From positions 12,400,001 through 12,464,000 of the forward strand of contig JBHGNT010000006.1 in the NCBI GenBank assembly GCA_043228905.1: a DNA stretch of 64,000 nt, read 5' to 3'. The notes beneath the pieces are model-generated. The model worked only from the letters and a program-made list of their open reading frames with translations. It searched no databases and was not told the DNA's origin. The stretch is from Azolla caroliniana. Taxonomy: Eukaryota; Plantae; Polypodiophyta. Positions 11,940 to 25,339 of the stretch are shown one piece after another. The position numbers and the translations under genes are program-made. Positions within the stretch are counted from its first letter, which is position 1. Every line of letters starts with the position of its first letter.

Positions 11940-14900
11940 GCTACCTAAGATGTTTCATGTATATAAAGTTGGAAACAAATTTTAACTTGGCGTACGATGG
12001 CTGCTAATCATGGGGCTCAAACCCATATGCACAACATTGAAAACCTTGCACTCTTCCACATGAGCTATGGCATCTCGATGTGTTCGATCAAACATTTCAC
12101 ATACCTAGAGTTGCATTAACATTTAAGATTTAACACAATATGCGATGCCCTGAAACCATGGTGCTCAAACCCATGACCACAACGTTGAGAGCCTTGCGCT
12201 CTTCCAATTGAGCTATGTCATCGCCATGTGGTTGATTAGATGTTTCACATTCCTAGAGTTGCATTAACATTTAAGATTTTACAGAAGATGCAATGCCCCC
12301 AAACCATGCGGTTCAAACCCATGACCACAAGGTGAGAGCCTTACACTCTTCCACCTAAGCTAGGTCAGCTTGATGAGCTTGCCAAGCACAATTTACAATT
12401 CCATGCGCAGAATTAGATGGCCATTTATGATTTAACACAACTTGCGACATCCACACCCACCAACCATGGGACAGAAACAATTTCATGCATAGAATGAGAT
12501 CAACAACATCGTCGTTTGGGTTGACCCAGAGCATCCATTTATGATTTAACTTGGGTTGCAACGCCCGCCGACCATGGGGCTTGAAAACTTTCATGCATAG
12601 AATGAGATAACCATTTATGATTTAACCTAGCTTGCAAGTCCCACAGACCATGGGGATCACACTCATGACCATAAGATTAAGTGCCTTGTGGTCTTCCATC
12701 TAAGCTAGGCTAGCTGGGTGTCCCAACCATAATTTCATGCTACGTCCGACCATGGGGCTTGAACCCATGACCACAAGGTTAAGAGCCTTGCGCTTTTCCA
12801 TCTAAGCTAGGCCAGCTCAGTATGCTTGACCAGCACCATTTCATCCTAGATTGAGATGACCATTTGTTACCCTACCTGTAAGAATATACGGGGAGGCATA
12901 AGGGTAGCTGTAATGATGTGGTTGATGTGTATGTGTAAAGTAAATGAGTGTGTGAGTATGTGTATGGCCACATGCACAATTATGTGCATGTGTACAAGAA
13001 TGCGTAACGGTCTTATATATAACGGTCATGTAACTGTTACATTGGATGTATTATATAAACCCCTTATGGGCATGTAATGAGATATACACTTTTTCTCTCT
13101 TATTTTGGTGTCATTCTTATTTTCACTCTCTCCTTCTATCTCTCTATCGTAAACCCCTTGGGAGGGGGGTGAAGCGATTCTAGGCTTCACCCGCCACCCC
13201 AACAACACCATTTATGAGTTAATACAACATGTAATGCCCAAGGACCATGGTTCTCGAACCCATGATGAAAAGATTAAGACCCTTGCACTCTTCCATCTAA
13301 ACTAACCCAACTCAATGTGCTTGCCAAGGAAAATTTCATATCTAGAGTGAAATGACCATTAATAATTACGAAACCAGATGCCCGCTAACAATGGGTAAGC
13401 AAAGTGAGATGACCTTGCATGCAAAGCCCACCAACTAGGGGCCTTGACTTAGGGCAAGCACAATGTCGTGCCTAGAGTTATATGACCAAATTTGATTTGA
13501 CCAAACATCCAACCCACGCCAACCATGGGGCTCGAGCCCATGACCACAAGGTTCACAGCCTTGCACTCTTCCATCTGAGCTAGACCGGCTCAGTGTGCTT
13601 GACAAGCAAAATTTCATACTACATTCAGATGACCATTTATGAGTTAACACAACATGTAATGCCCACGGACCATGGCTCTCGAACCCATGATGAAAAGATT
13701 AAGAGCCTTGCGCTCTTCCAACTAAAGTAGGCCAACTCAATGTGCCCGCTAACAATGGGTAAACACAATGAGATGACCTTGTATACGAAGCCCACCAACT
13801 AGGGGCCTAAACTTAGGGTAACCACAATGGCGTGCCTAGAGTTATATGACAAAATATCATTTGACCAAGATTGTGACACTCGCCGACCATGGGGCTCGAA
13901 CCCATGACCACAAGGTTAAGAGCCTTGTGCTCTTCCATCTGAGCTAGGCCGGCTTGGTATGCTTGACAAGCACAATTTCATCCTAGACTGAGATGACCAT
14001 TTATGAGTCAATACAACATGTAATGCCCACGGATCATGGTTCCTATACCCATTTATGAGTTAATACAACATGTAATGCCCACGGACCATGGTTCTCATAC
14101 CCATTTATGAGTTAATACAACATGTAATGCCCACGGACCATGGTTCTCATACCCTTGCGCTCTTCCAGCTAAACTAGGCCAACTCAATGTGCTTGCCAAG
14201 GAAAATTTCATATCTAGAGTGAAATGACCATTAATAATTACAAAACAAGATGTAATGCCCACTAACAATGCGTAAGCAAAGTGAGACGACATTGCATGCG
14301 AAGCCCACCAACTAGGGGCCTAGACATACGGTAAGCACAATGGTGTGCCTAGAGTTATATGACCAAATATGATTTCACCAAGCATGCGACACTCGCCACC
14401 CAGGGGGCTCAAACCTATGACAACAAGATTAAGAACCTTGTGCTCTTCCATCTGAGCTAGGCCATCTCAGTGTGCTTAACAAGCACAATTTCATCCTACA
14501 TTAAGATGACCATTTATGAGTTAATACAACATGTAATGCCCACGGACCATGGCTCTCGAACCCATGGTGAAAAGATTAAGAGCATTGCGCTCTTCCAGCT
14601 ATACTAGGCCAACTCAATGTGCTTGCCAAGGAAAATTTCATATCTAGAGTGAAATGACCATTAATAATTACAAAACAAGATGTAATGCCCTCTAACAATG
14701 GGTAAGCAAAGTGAGATGACCTTGCATGCGAAGCCCACCAGCTAGGGGCCTAGACTTAGGGTAAGCACAATGTCGTGCCTAGAGTTATACGACCAAATAT
14801 GATTTGACCAAGCATGCGACACTCGCCGACCATGGGGCCCGAACCCATGACCACAAGGTTAAGAGCCTTGCGCTCTACTATCTGAGCTAGGCCGACTAGG

Positions 14901-15453
14901 TGTGATTGCCAAGCAAATTTATGATTACAATTTCATTGAGCATTTATGATTTTTAACACAGTGTGCGACTCCTACTCTTGCCAAGGTTTCATTCCTAGAT
15001 TGAGATGACCATTTATGATTTATATCACATATAATGTTTGTCAACCATGGGGCTCACACAATTTCATGCCTAGAACGAGATGACCATTTATGATTTAACA
15101 AATCTTGCGCCTCCCACCTACCATGTCGCTCGAATCCATGACCACAAGGTTAAGAACCTTGCACTCTTCCATCAAAACTAGGGCAGCTCAGTGTGCTTGT
15201 CAAGCACAATTGATGACCATTTATGATTTAACACGGTTTGGAATGCCCACCGACCATGGGGTATCATGACCACAAGGTTAAGAGCCTTGCCCTCATGCAT
15301 TTCAGCTAGGCTGACTCAATGCACATACAAGGAAAGTAAATATTTATACCTAGAGTGAGATCACTATTTATGATTTAACATGACATGCGATGTCCTTTGA
15401 CCTTGGTCCTCCAACCCATGACCACAAATTAAGAGACTTGCACTCTTCCAGAA
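11940..15453 (-). repeat. Degenerate margin of the tRNA-Lys-derived array (~140-147-bp monomers and ~436-bp trimers)
   Basis: Diverged CCATGGGGCTCGAACCCATGACCACAAGGTTAAGAGCCTTGCGCTCTTCC motifs recur at ~12010, 12157, 12304 and onward. Confidence 0.85.
12865..13207 (+). mobile_element. Solo LTR (343 bp) inserted in the array margin
   Basis: TGTT...AACA termini, 5-bp TSD CCATT (12860-12864 and 13208-13212), TATATAAA at ~13052. Confidence 0.85.
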
Positions 15454-15684
15454 TGTGACACCCATTTGAGCTAGTCGGAGGAAATAAAATATTAAGTAAT
15501 ATTGCTCTCATGAATTAGTTTAATAAAATTTCCATAATGTTGCTAGTGATTCTTCAAACCAAATAGAAGGTAATGAAACTGTTATTTTGCTGCTTTCTCA
15601 TGGAATAGTTGACCAAATTTTCATTTTGTGACTATCATTCTTTTAAACAGACGAGGAATCACCTTTAATCCATGCAACAAATAT

Positions 15685-16220
15685 ATAATAGGTGCCAAGA
15701 ACTTGTTGGTTTTGCAGTATTTTGCAACAAAAGCTAGTCCATCACTAGTAGGTTGCAAGAAAGCACACTGAGAAATATCGACAGCAAGACCATAGACAAA
15801 TGAATTCCTGTAAAGAAAAGGAAGAGACCTCTAACAAAACCTTTGCATCAAGAAAGAATGAGAATAGATCATTAATGAAGAATGAGCTTAACATTTTCGC
15901 TCAAAATCTTCTTACCTCATTGCATCAAGATGTGTGGTGGTTATTCCTTGTCTCCTCTCCTTTCTGGAAACCCAAAGACGTCTTATACCACACACTGCAA
16001 GTACAGCAATATTGTTGAATACATCAGCATTTGGTGTGGCATCGTCATATTTGGATCTCTTCTACACTACTTCTCTCTTAAAAGTGATATTACCAAAAAC
16101 CAAAGTTTTTCTTGAGCTACTAGTCTTTGTTGCACCAACATCACATAAAGACATTTGATCTTTGTGTTGATTATCCTCTGGTCTTCTGATCTCCATGTTT
16201 CACCTTCACAAGCTCCCATG
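15685..16220 (-). pseudogene. CTF7: 3' fragment of an ECO1/CTF7 cohesin acetyltransferase gene (two exons, one intron)
   Basis: Manual minus-strand translation: LVFGNITFKREVV*...AVCGIRRLWVSRKERRQGITTTHLDAMR, GT-AG intron at 15915-15808, then NSFVYGLAVDISQCAFLQPTSDGLAFVAKYCKTNKFL. This matches Eco1 motifs CGI.R.WV...RR.GI and AFSQPT..G. In-frame TAG at 16062-16064. Confidence 0.85.
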
Positions 16221-16224
16221 CCTC

Positions 16225-17215
16225 CCGTATTAACGCTTCTAGGTCGAGCTCCTCCAAACCGTTTTGCGTTTAACTCTCTTTCGGCGGTAGTGTGTAGTCA
16301 CTCGCCGCTCGCGGGCCGTGTTGTGGCCAACCGCCTCGCATCATGTTGCCGGCATACCTATTCCACTTCGGACCACTCCTCAGTGAGACCATGTGTTCCA
16401 TAATCATCTTGAAGCTCGAATAAGATGTCCATCCTCTCCTCATGATGGATCGTCTTCAAAAATAGGACTTTTTCCGCCCCCACCGATCTCCGTTCCCACT
16501 CCGAGAGTTTAGAGAAACGAAGCTCGAACTCTCGGAATACCTCCATCGCGTTCCGATGATGCCTCGTTGATGCCACCCACCGATCGAACTGATGTCGACC
16601 TCTTCCTTCCAGTTCCGCGTATCCGTACGTCTCCAATAGAGCTCCCTCAAAGGACTCCCATGATTCGTGAGATTCTCGGAGCTCGACCTCTTTGTACCTT
16701 GATACGGCCGCCACTCGACAAAAAAAATCTAGCTTTGTCGCTTCATCCACACCCCGCTTCGTCATCTCGACATTGTAAGCTCTCAAAAAATTTGGAACCG
16801 CATTCCCATTGAACCGGACGACTCGATCGACCACCCTTCGACGGTTTGTTGAGGCGCATCTCACTTCGCCATCTTCCGTCCGGCTTCCATCACGATTTTT
16901 GCCATCATCTCCTCGAAGTCGAAGTCTTCTTCCATCTCCATGCTCTCTTTCCGCCCTTCACGTCGGGTTCACCAAATATGTCGCATTGTTACGCACGTGC
17001 ATGTAGAAGGGGCGGGACCACGGGGGTCTCAGACTAGGGAGTAGAGGAGAAATAATAAGATATGATTAAGAAGCTTAGCTCAAGAGGAGAAGAGGAAAGA
17101 ATAAGACCATGAGATAGAAGGGGAGATCAGTCGAGGCAAGATGCTCAACAAGTTATATTAAAACAAACAAACGACTACAACAATAGCACCAAGTTATATT
17201 AAGCACATTAGCGTC
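16225..17215 (-). mobile_element. Fragment of a second Phygy-like element (partial LTR from 16979, PBS, gag 5' part)
   Basis: LTR end TGTCGCA at 16979 with GGGGCGGGACCACGGG shared with LTR 3181-4002. gag reads VVRFNGNAVPNFLRAY..RGRHQFDRWV..GLTEEW. Outer boundaries are approximate. Confidence 0.75.
16957..16974 (-). promoter_or_regulatory. tRNA-Trp primer-binding site
   Basis: Plus strand TTCACGTCGGGTTCACCA matches the 3' 18 nt (including CCA) of plant cytosolic tRNA-Trp as I recall it, 4 nt from the LTR end. Confidence 0.85.
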
Positions 17216-17693
17216 CCTACAGTTACATGACCATATATGATTTGACCAAGCATGCTACATTCGCCGACCATGGGGCTCGAACCCATGACCACAAGGTCAA
17301 GGGCCTTGCGCTCTTCCATCTGAGCTAGGCCGGCTCTGTGTGCTTGACAAGCACAATTTCATCCTACATTGAGATGAACATTTATGAGCTAACCCAACAT
17401 GTAATGCCCATGGACCATGGCTCTCGACCCATGATGAAAAGATTAAGAGCCTTGCGCACTTCCAGCTAAAGTAGGCCAACTCAATGTGCTTGCCAAGGAA
17501 AATGTCATATCTAGAGTGAAATGACCATTAGTAATTACAAAACAATATGTAATACCCGCTAACAATCGGCAAGCAAATTGAGATGACCTTGCTTACAATG
17601 AAGCCCACCAATTAGGGGCGTTGAATTAGGATAAGCACAATGTCGTGCCTTGACTTATATCACCAAATTTTATTTGACACAGCATGCCACACT

Positions 17694-17766
17694 CGCCGAC
17701 CATGGGGCTCGAACCCATGACCACAAGGTTAAGAGCCTTGCGCTCTTCCATCTGAGCTAGGCCGGC
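17694..17766 (-). tRNA. tRNA-Lys(CUU), first canonical copy in the array core
   Basis: GCCGGCC TA GCTC AGATGGAA GAGC G CAAGG CTCTTAA CCTTG TGGTC ATGGG TTCGAGC CCCAT GGTCGGC G. 73 nt, all four stems pair, A and B boxes present. Expression unknown. Confidence 0.8.
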
Positions 17767-18696
17767 TCGATGTACTTGACAACCACACTTTCATCCTAGA
17801 CAGAGATGACCATTTATGAGTTAATACAACATGTAATGCCCACGAACCATGGCTCTCAAACCCATGATGAAAAGATTAAGAGCCTTGCGCTCTTCAAGCT
17901 AAACTAGCATAACTCAATGTGCTTGCCAAGGTAAATTTCATATCTAGAGTGAAATGAGCATTCATAATCACAAAACAATATATAATGCCCGCTAACAATG
18001 GGCAAGCAAAGTGAGATGACCTTTCTTACAATGAGTAAGCAAAGTGAGATGAACTTGCATGCGAAGCCCACTAACTATGGGCGTTGACTTAGGATAAGCA
18101 CAAAGTCGTGCCTTCAGTTATATCACCAAATTTTATTTGTGTGCCCACTAACTATGGGCGTTGACTTAGGATAAGCACAATGTCGTGCCTTAACTTATAT
18201 CAGCAAATTTTATTTGACACAGCATGCCACACTCGCCGACCATGGGGCTCGAACCCATGACAACAAGGTTAAGAGCCTTGCGCTCTTCCATCTGAGCTAG
18301 GCCGGCTCGATATGCTTGACAACCACACTTTCATCCTAGACTGAGATGACCATTAATGAGTTAATACAACATGTAATGCCCATGGACCATGGCTCTCGAA
18401 CCCATGATGAAAAGATTAAGAGCCTTGCGCTCTTCAAGCTAAACTAGCATAACTCAATGTGCTTGCAAGGGTATATTTCATATCTAGACTGAAATGAGCA
18501 TTAATAATCACAAAACAATATGTAATGCCCGTTGACAATGGGAAAGCAAAGTGAGATGACCTTTCTTACAATGAGTAAGCAAAGTGAGATGAACTTGCAT
18601 GCGAAGCCCACTAACTAGGGGCGTTGACTTAGGATAAGCACAATGTCGTGCCTTGACTTATATCACCAAATTAAATTTGACACAGCATACCACACT

Positions 18697-18769
18697 CGCC
18701 GACCATGGGGCTCGAACCCATGACCACAAGGTTAAGAGCCTTGCGCTCTTCCATCTGAGCTAGGCCGGC
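18697..18769 (-). tRNA. tRNA-Lys(CUU), representative array copy
   Basis: Same 73-nt cloverleaf as 17694-17766. Confidence 0.78.
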
Positions 18770-21700
18770 TCGATGTGCTTGACAACTACACTTTCATCCT
18801 AGACTGAGATGATCATTTATGAGTTAATACAACATGTAATGCCCACGGACCATGGCTCTCGAACCCAAGATGAAAAGATTAAGAGCCTTGCGCTCTTCAA
18901 GCTAAACTAGAATAACTCAATGTGCTTGCCAAGGTAAATTTCATATCTAGAGTGAAATGAGCATTAATAATCACAAAACAATATGTAATGCCCGCTAACA
19001 ATGCGCAAGCAAAGTGAGATGACCTTTCTTACAATGAGTAAGCAAAGTGAGATGACCTTGCATCCAAAGCCCACCAATTAGGGGCATTGAATTAGGATAA
19101 GCACAATGTCGTGCCTTGACTTATATCACCAGATTTTATTTGACACAACATGCCACACTCGCCGACCATGGGGCTCGAACCCATGACCACAAGGTCAAGA
19201 GCCTTACGCTCTTCCATCTGAGCTAGGCCGGCTCGATGTACTTGACAACCACACTTTCATCCTAGACTGCAATGACCATTTATGAGTTAATACAACATGT
19301 AATGCCCACGAACCATGGCTCTCGAACCTATGATGAAAAGATTAAGACCCTTGCGCTCTTCAAACTAGAGCCTTGCGCTCTTCAAACTAAACTAGCATAA
19401 CTCAATGTGCTTGCCAAGGTAAATTTCATATCTAGATTGAAATGAGCATTAATAATCACAAAACAATATGTAATGCCCGCTAACAATGGGCAAGCAAAGT
19501 GAGATGACCTTTCTTACAATGAGTAAACAAAGTGAGATGAATTTGCATGCGAAGCCCACTAACTATGGGCGTTGACTTAGGATAAGCACAAAGTCGTGCC
19601 TTCAGTTATATCACCAAATTTTATTTGACACAGCATGCCACACTCGCCGACCATGGGGCTCGAACCCATGACCACAAGGTTAAGAGCCTTGCGCTCTTCC
19701 ATCTGAGCTAGGCCGGCTTGATATGCTTGACAACCACACTTTCATCCTAGACTAAGATGACCATTAATGAGATAATACAACATGTTATGCCCACGGACCA
19801 TGGCTCTCGAACCCATGATGAAAAGATTAAGAGCCTTGCGCTCTTCAAGCTAAACTAGCATAACTCAATGTGCTTGCCAAGGTAAATTTCATATCTAGAC
19901 TGAAATGAGCATTAATAATCACAAAACAATATGTAATGCCTGTTGACAATGGGCAAGCAAAGTGAGATGACCTTTCTTACAATGAGTAAGCAAAGTGAGA
20001 TGAACTTGCATGCGAAGCCCACTAACTAGGGGCGTTGACTTAGGATAAGCACAATCTCGTGCCTTGACTTATATCACCAAATCTTATTTGACACAGCATA
20101 CCACACTCGCCGACCATGGGGCTCGAACCCATGACCACAAGGTTAAGAGCCTTGCGCTCTTCCATCTGAGCTAGGCCGGCGCGATGTGCTTGACAACCAC
20201 ACTTTCATCCTAGACTGAGATGACCATTAATGAGATAATACAACATGTAATGCCCACGGACCATGGCTCTCGAACCCATGATGAAAAGATTAAGAGCCTT
20301 GCGCTCTTCAAGCTAAACTAGGATAACTCAATGTGCTTGCCAAGGTAAATTTCATATCTAGACTGAAATGAGCATTTATAATCACAGAACAATATGTAAT
20401 GCCCGTTGACAATGGGCAAGCAAAGTGAGATGACCTTTCTTACAATGAGTAAGCAAAGTGAGATGAACTTGCATGCGAAGCCCACTAACTAGGGGCGTTG
20501 ACTTAGGATAAGCACAATGTCGTGCCTTGACTTATATCACCAAATTAAATTTGACACAGCATACCACACTCGCCGACCATGGTGCTCGAACCCATGACCA
20601 CAAGGTTAAGAGCCTTGCGCTCTTCCATCTGAACTAGGCCGGCTCGATGTGCTTGACAACCACACTTTCATCCTAGACTGAGATGACCATTAATGAGTTA
20701 ATACAACATGTAATGCCCATGGACCATGGCTCTCGAACCCATGATGAAAAGATTAAGAGCCTTGCGCTCTTCAAGCTAAACTAGCATAACTCAATGTGCT
20801 TGCAAGGGTATATTTCATATCTAGACTGAAATGAGCATTAATAATCACAAAACAATATGTAATGCCCGTTGACAATGGGCAAGCAAAGTGAGATGACCTT
20901 TCTTACAATGAGTAAGCAAAGTGAGATGAACTTGCATGCGAAGCCCACTAACTAGCGGCGTTGACTTAGGATAAGCACAATGTCGTGCCTTGACTATTAT
21001 CACCAAATTAAATTTGACACAGCATACCACACTCGCCGACCATGGGGCTCGAACCCATGACCACAAGGTTAAGAGCCTTGCGCTCTTCCATCTGAGCTAG
21101 GCCGGCTCAATGTGCTTGACAACTACACTTTCATCCTAGACTGAGATGATCATTTATGAGTTAATACAACATGTAATGCCCACGGACCATGGCTCTCGAA
21201 CCCATGATGAAAAGATTAAGAGCCTTGCGCTCTTGAAGCTAAACTAGCATAACTCAATGTGCTTGCAAAGGTAAATTTCATATCTAGAGTGAAATGAGCA
21301 TTAATAATCATAAAACAATATGTAATTCCCGTTTACAATGGGCAAGGAAAGTGAGATGACCTTTCTTACAATGAGTAAGCAAAGTGAGATGAACTTGCAT
21401 GCGAAGCCCACTAACTAGGGGCGTTGACTTAGGATAAGCACAATGTCGTGCCTTAACTTATATCAGCAACTTTTATTTGACACAGCATACCACACTCGCC
21501 GACCATGGTGCTCGAACCCATGACCACAAGGTTAAGAGCCTTGCGCTCTTCCATCTGAGCTAGGCCGGCTCGATGTGCTTGACAACCACACTTTCATCCT
21601 AGACTGAGATGACCATTAATGAGTTAATACAACATGTAATGCCCATGGACCATGGCTCTCGAACCCATGATGAAAAGATTAAGAGCCTTGCGCTCTTCAA

Positions 21701-24471
21701 GCTAAACTAGCATAACTCAATGTGCTTGCAAGGGTATATTTCATATCTAGACTGAAATGAGCATTAATAATCACAAAACAATATGTAATGCCCGTTGACA
21801 ATGGGCAAGCAAAGTGAGATGACCTTTCTTACAATGAGTAAGCAAAGTGAGATGAACTTGCATGCGAAGCCCACTAACTAGGGGCGTTGACTTAGGATAA
21901 GCACAATCTCGTGCCTTGACTTATATCACCAAATCTTATTTGACACAGCATACCACACTCGCCGACCATGGGGCTCGAACCCATGACCACAAGGTTAAGA
22001 GCCTTACGCTCTTCCATCTGAGCTAGGCCGGCGCGATGTGCTTGACAACCACACTTTCATCCTAGACTGAGATGACCATTAATGAGATAATACAACATGT
22101 AATGCCCACGGACCATGGCTCTCGAACCCATGATGAAAAGATTAAGAGCCTTGCGCTCTTCAAGCTAAACTAGGATAACTCAATGTGCTTGCCAAGGTAA
22201 ATTTCATATCTAGACTGAAATGAGCATTTATAATCACAGAACAATATGTAATGCCCGTTGACAATGGGCAAGCAAAGTGAGATGACCTTTCTTACAATGA
22301 GTAAGCAAAGTGAGATGAACTTGCATGCGAAGCCCACTAACTAGGGGCGTTGACTTAGGATAAGCACAATGTCGTGCCTTGACTTATATCACCAAATTAA
22401 ATTTGACACAGCATACCACACTCGCCGACCATGGTGCTCGAACCCATGACCACAAGGTTAAGAGCCTTGCGCTCTTCCATCTGAGCTAGGCCGGCTCGAT
22501 GTGCTTGACAACCACACTTTCATCCTAGACTGAGATGACCATTAATGAGTTAATACAACATGTAATGCCCATGGACCATGGCTCTCGAACCCATGATGAA
22601 AAGATTAAGAGCCTTGCGCTCTTCAAGCTAAACTAGCATAACTCAATGTGCTTGCAAGGGTATATTTCATATCTAGACTGAAATGAGCATTAATAATCAC
22701 AAAACAATATGTAATGCCCGTTGACAATGGGCAAGCAAAGTGAGATGACCTTTCTTACAATGAGTAAGCAAAGTGAGATGAACTTGCATGCGAAGCCCAC
22801 TAACTAGCGGCGTTGACTTAGGATAAGCACAATGTCGTGCCTTGACTATTATCACCAAATTAAATTTGACACAGCATACCACACTCGCCGACCATGGGGC
22901 TCGAACCCATGACCACAAGGTTAAGAGCCTTGCGCTCTTCCATCTGAGCTAGGCCGGCTCAATGTGCTTGACAACTACACTTTCATCCTAGACTGAGATG
23001 ATCATTTATGAGTTAATACAACATGTAATGCCCACGGACCATGGCTCTCGAACCCATGATGAAAAGATTAAGAGCCTTGCGCTCTTGAAGCTAAACTAGC
23101 ATAACTCAATGTGCTTGCAAAGGTAAATTTCATATCTAGAGTGAAATGAGCATTAATAATCATAAAACAATATGTAATTCCCGTTTACAATGGGCAAGGA
23201 AAGTGAGATGACCTTTCTTACAATGAGTAAGCAAAGTGAGATGAACTTGCATGCGAAGCCCACTAACTAGGGGCGTTGACTTAGGATAAGCACAATGTCG
23301 TGCCTTAACTTATATCAGCAACTTTTATTTGACACAGCATACCACACTCGCCGACCATGGTGCTCGAACCCATGACCACAAGGTTAAGAGCCTTGCGCTC
23401 TTCCATCTGAGCTAGGCCGGCTCGATGTGCTTGACAACCACACTTTCATCCTAGACTGAGATGACCATTAATGAGTTAATACAACATGTAATGCCCATGG
23501 ACCATGGCTCTCGAACCCATGATGAAAAGATTAAGAGCCTTGCGCTCTTCAAGCTAAACTAGCATAACTCAATGTGCTTGCAAGGGTATATTTCATATCT
23601 AGACTGAAATGAGCATTAATAATCACAAAACAATATGTAATGCCCGTTGACAATGGGCAAGCAAAGTGAGATGACCTTTCTTACAATGAGTAAGCAAAGT
23701 GAGATGAACTTGCATGCGAAGCCCACTAACTAGAGGCATTGACTTAGGATAAGCACAATGTCGTGCCTTGACTATTATCACCAAATTAAATTTGACACAG
23801 CATACCACACTCGCCGACCATGGGGCTCGAACCCATGACCACAAGGTTAAGAGCCTTACGCTCTTCCATCTGAGCTAGGCCGGCTCGATGTGCCTGACAA
23901 CTACACTTTCATCCTAGACTGAGATGATCATTTATGAGTTAATACAACATGTAATGCCCACGGACCATGGATCTCGAACCCATCATGAAAAGATTAAGAG
24001 CCTTGCGCTCTTCAAACTAAACTAGCATAACTCAATGTGCTTGCCAAGGTAAATTTCATATCTAGACTGAAATGAGCATTAATAATCACAAAACAATATG
24101 TAATGCCCGCTAACAATGGGCAAGCAAAGTGAGATGACCTTTCTTACAATGAGTAAGCAAAGTGAGATGAACTTGCATGCGAAGCCCACTAACTAGGGGC
24201 GTTGACTTAGGATAAGCACAAAGTCGTGCCTTGACTTATATCACCAAATTTTATTTGACACAGCATACCACACTCGCCGACCATGGTGCTCGAACCCATG
24301 ACCACAAGGTTAAGAGCCTTGCGCTCTTCCATCTGAGCTAGGCCGGCTCGATGTGCTTGACAACCACACTTTCATCCTAGACTGAGATGACCATTAATGA
24401 GTTAATACAACATGTAATGCCCATGGACCATGGCTCTCGAACCCATGATGAAAAGATTAAGAGCCTTGCGC

Positions 24472-25339
24472 TGTCGTGCCTTTCGGCTCCGGATCGTTGC
24501 GTGAGTCGGGTGGGAACCACTGAGGTTTTGGACTAGGAGGAAGGAAAATATGAGATGAGGCTAGTAATGGATAGATTATTAGAAAGAGATATAGAAACTT
24601 GTGAATCCCACAAGTATAATTGTTTTAGTTTATCTTAATCGTAGTAATAAATTGAAATAGTTTAGAATAGATTAGAGTAGATTGAGAAAAGAGATCAAAC
24701 CTTGTGAATCCCACAAGTATTACATTAATCAATATTTATGTAAGAATATGAATTTAGATTGAAAGAGATAGATTATCTTAAACTTCGTGAATCCCACGAG
24801 TATATTTTATTGATTGTTGGTGTTTTAGGAAATATATCCAATTTCCCAAATATTTTTCACACACCTATTACATTGTGCTCCCCATCCTTATGTAGTGATG
24901 GGAGAGACTAAGCATAGCTACATGCTTTTTTTTTTTTTCTAATATGTTCATGCACACTAAATGTGCATGTGATGCTTTTCTAATCCTTGCTTTTATTTGC
25001 TAAATATAGTGCTCATGCACGCTAGATGTGCATGAGTCACTTTTTAGTCGCTTGCGTTTTTCTATAAAATATTCACGCACTCTAAAAATACATGATTTAC
25101 CTTTTAATAAAGGTAGGCGCAAATAAAGCACTTATAGTTATTAAATCTATTTATAGAACACTAAAGATAAGGTAGCATAATGGTAAAGTTGAAGTTTGGC
25201 TATGTGGAGGTACAGGGTTCAAATCTTGCCCTATGCACGTGATAAATATCTTGATATATTATTTTATTTATTTATATGTAATTAAATCGGTTATATTATT
25301 TTTTACTTTTTCACGTAGTGTACGAAATACACTACGATA
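24472..25339. mobile_element. Solo LTR (868 bp) inserted in the array core
   Basis: Termini TGTCG...CGATA (one change from CGACA), 4-bp TSD GCGC (24468-24471 and 25340-25343). The repeat unit resumes in register. Confidence 0.85.
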
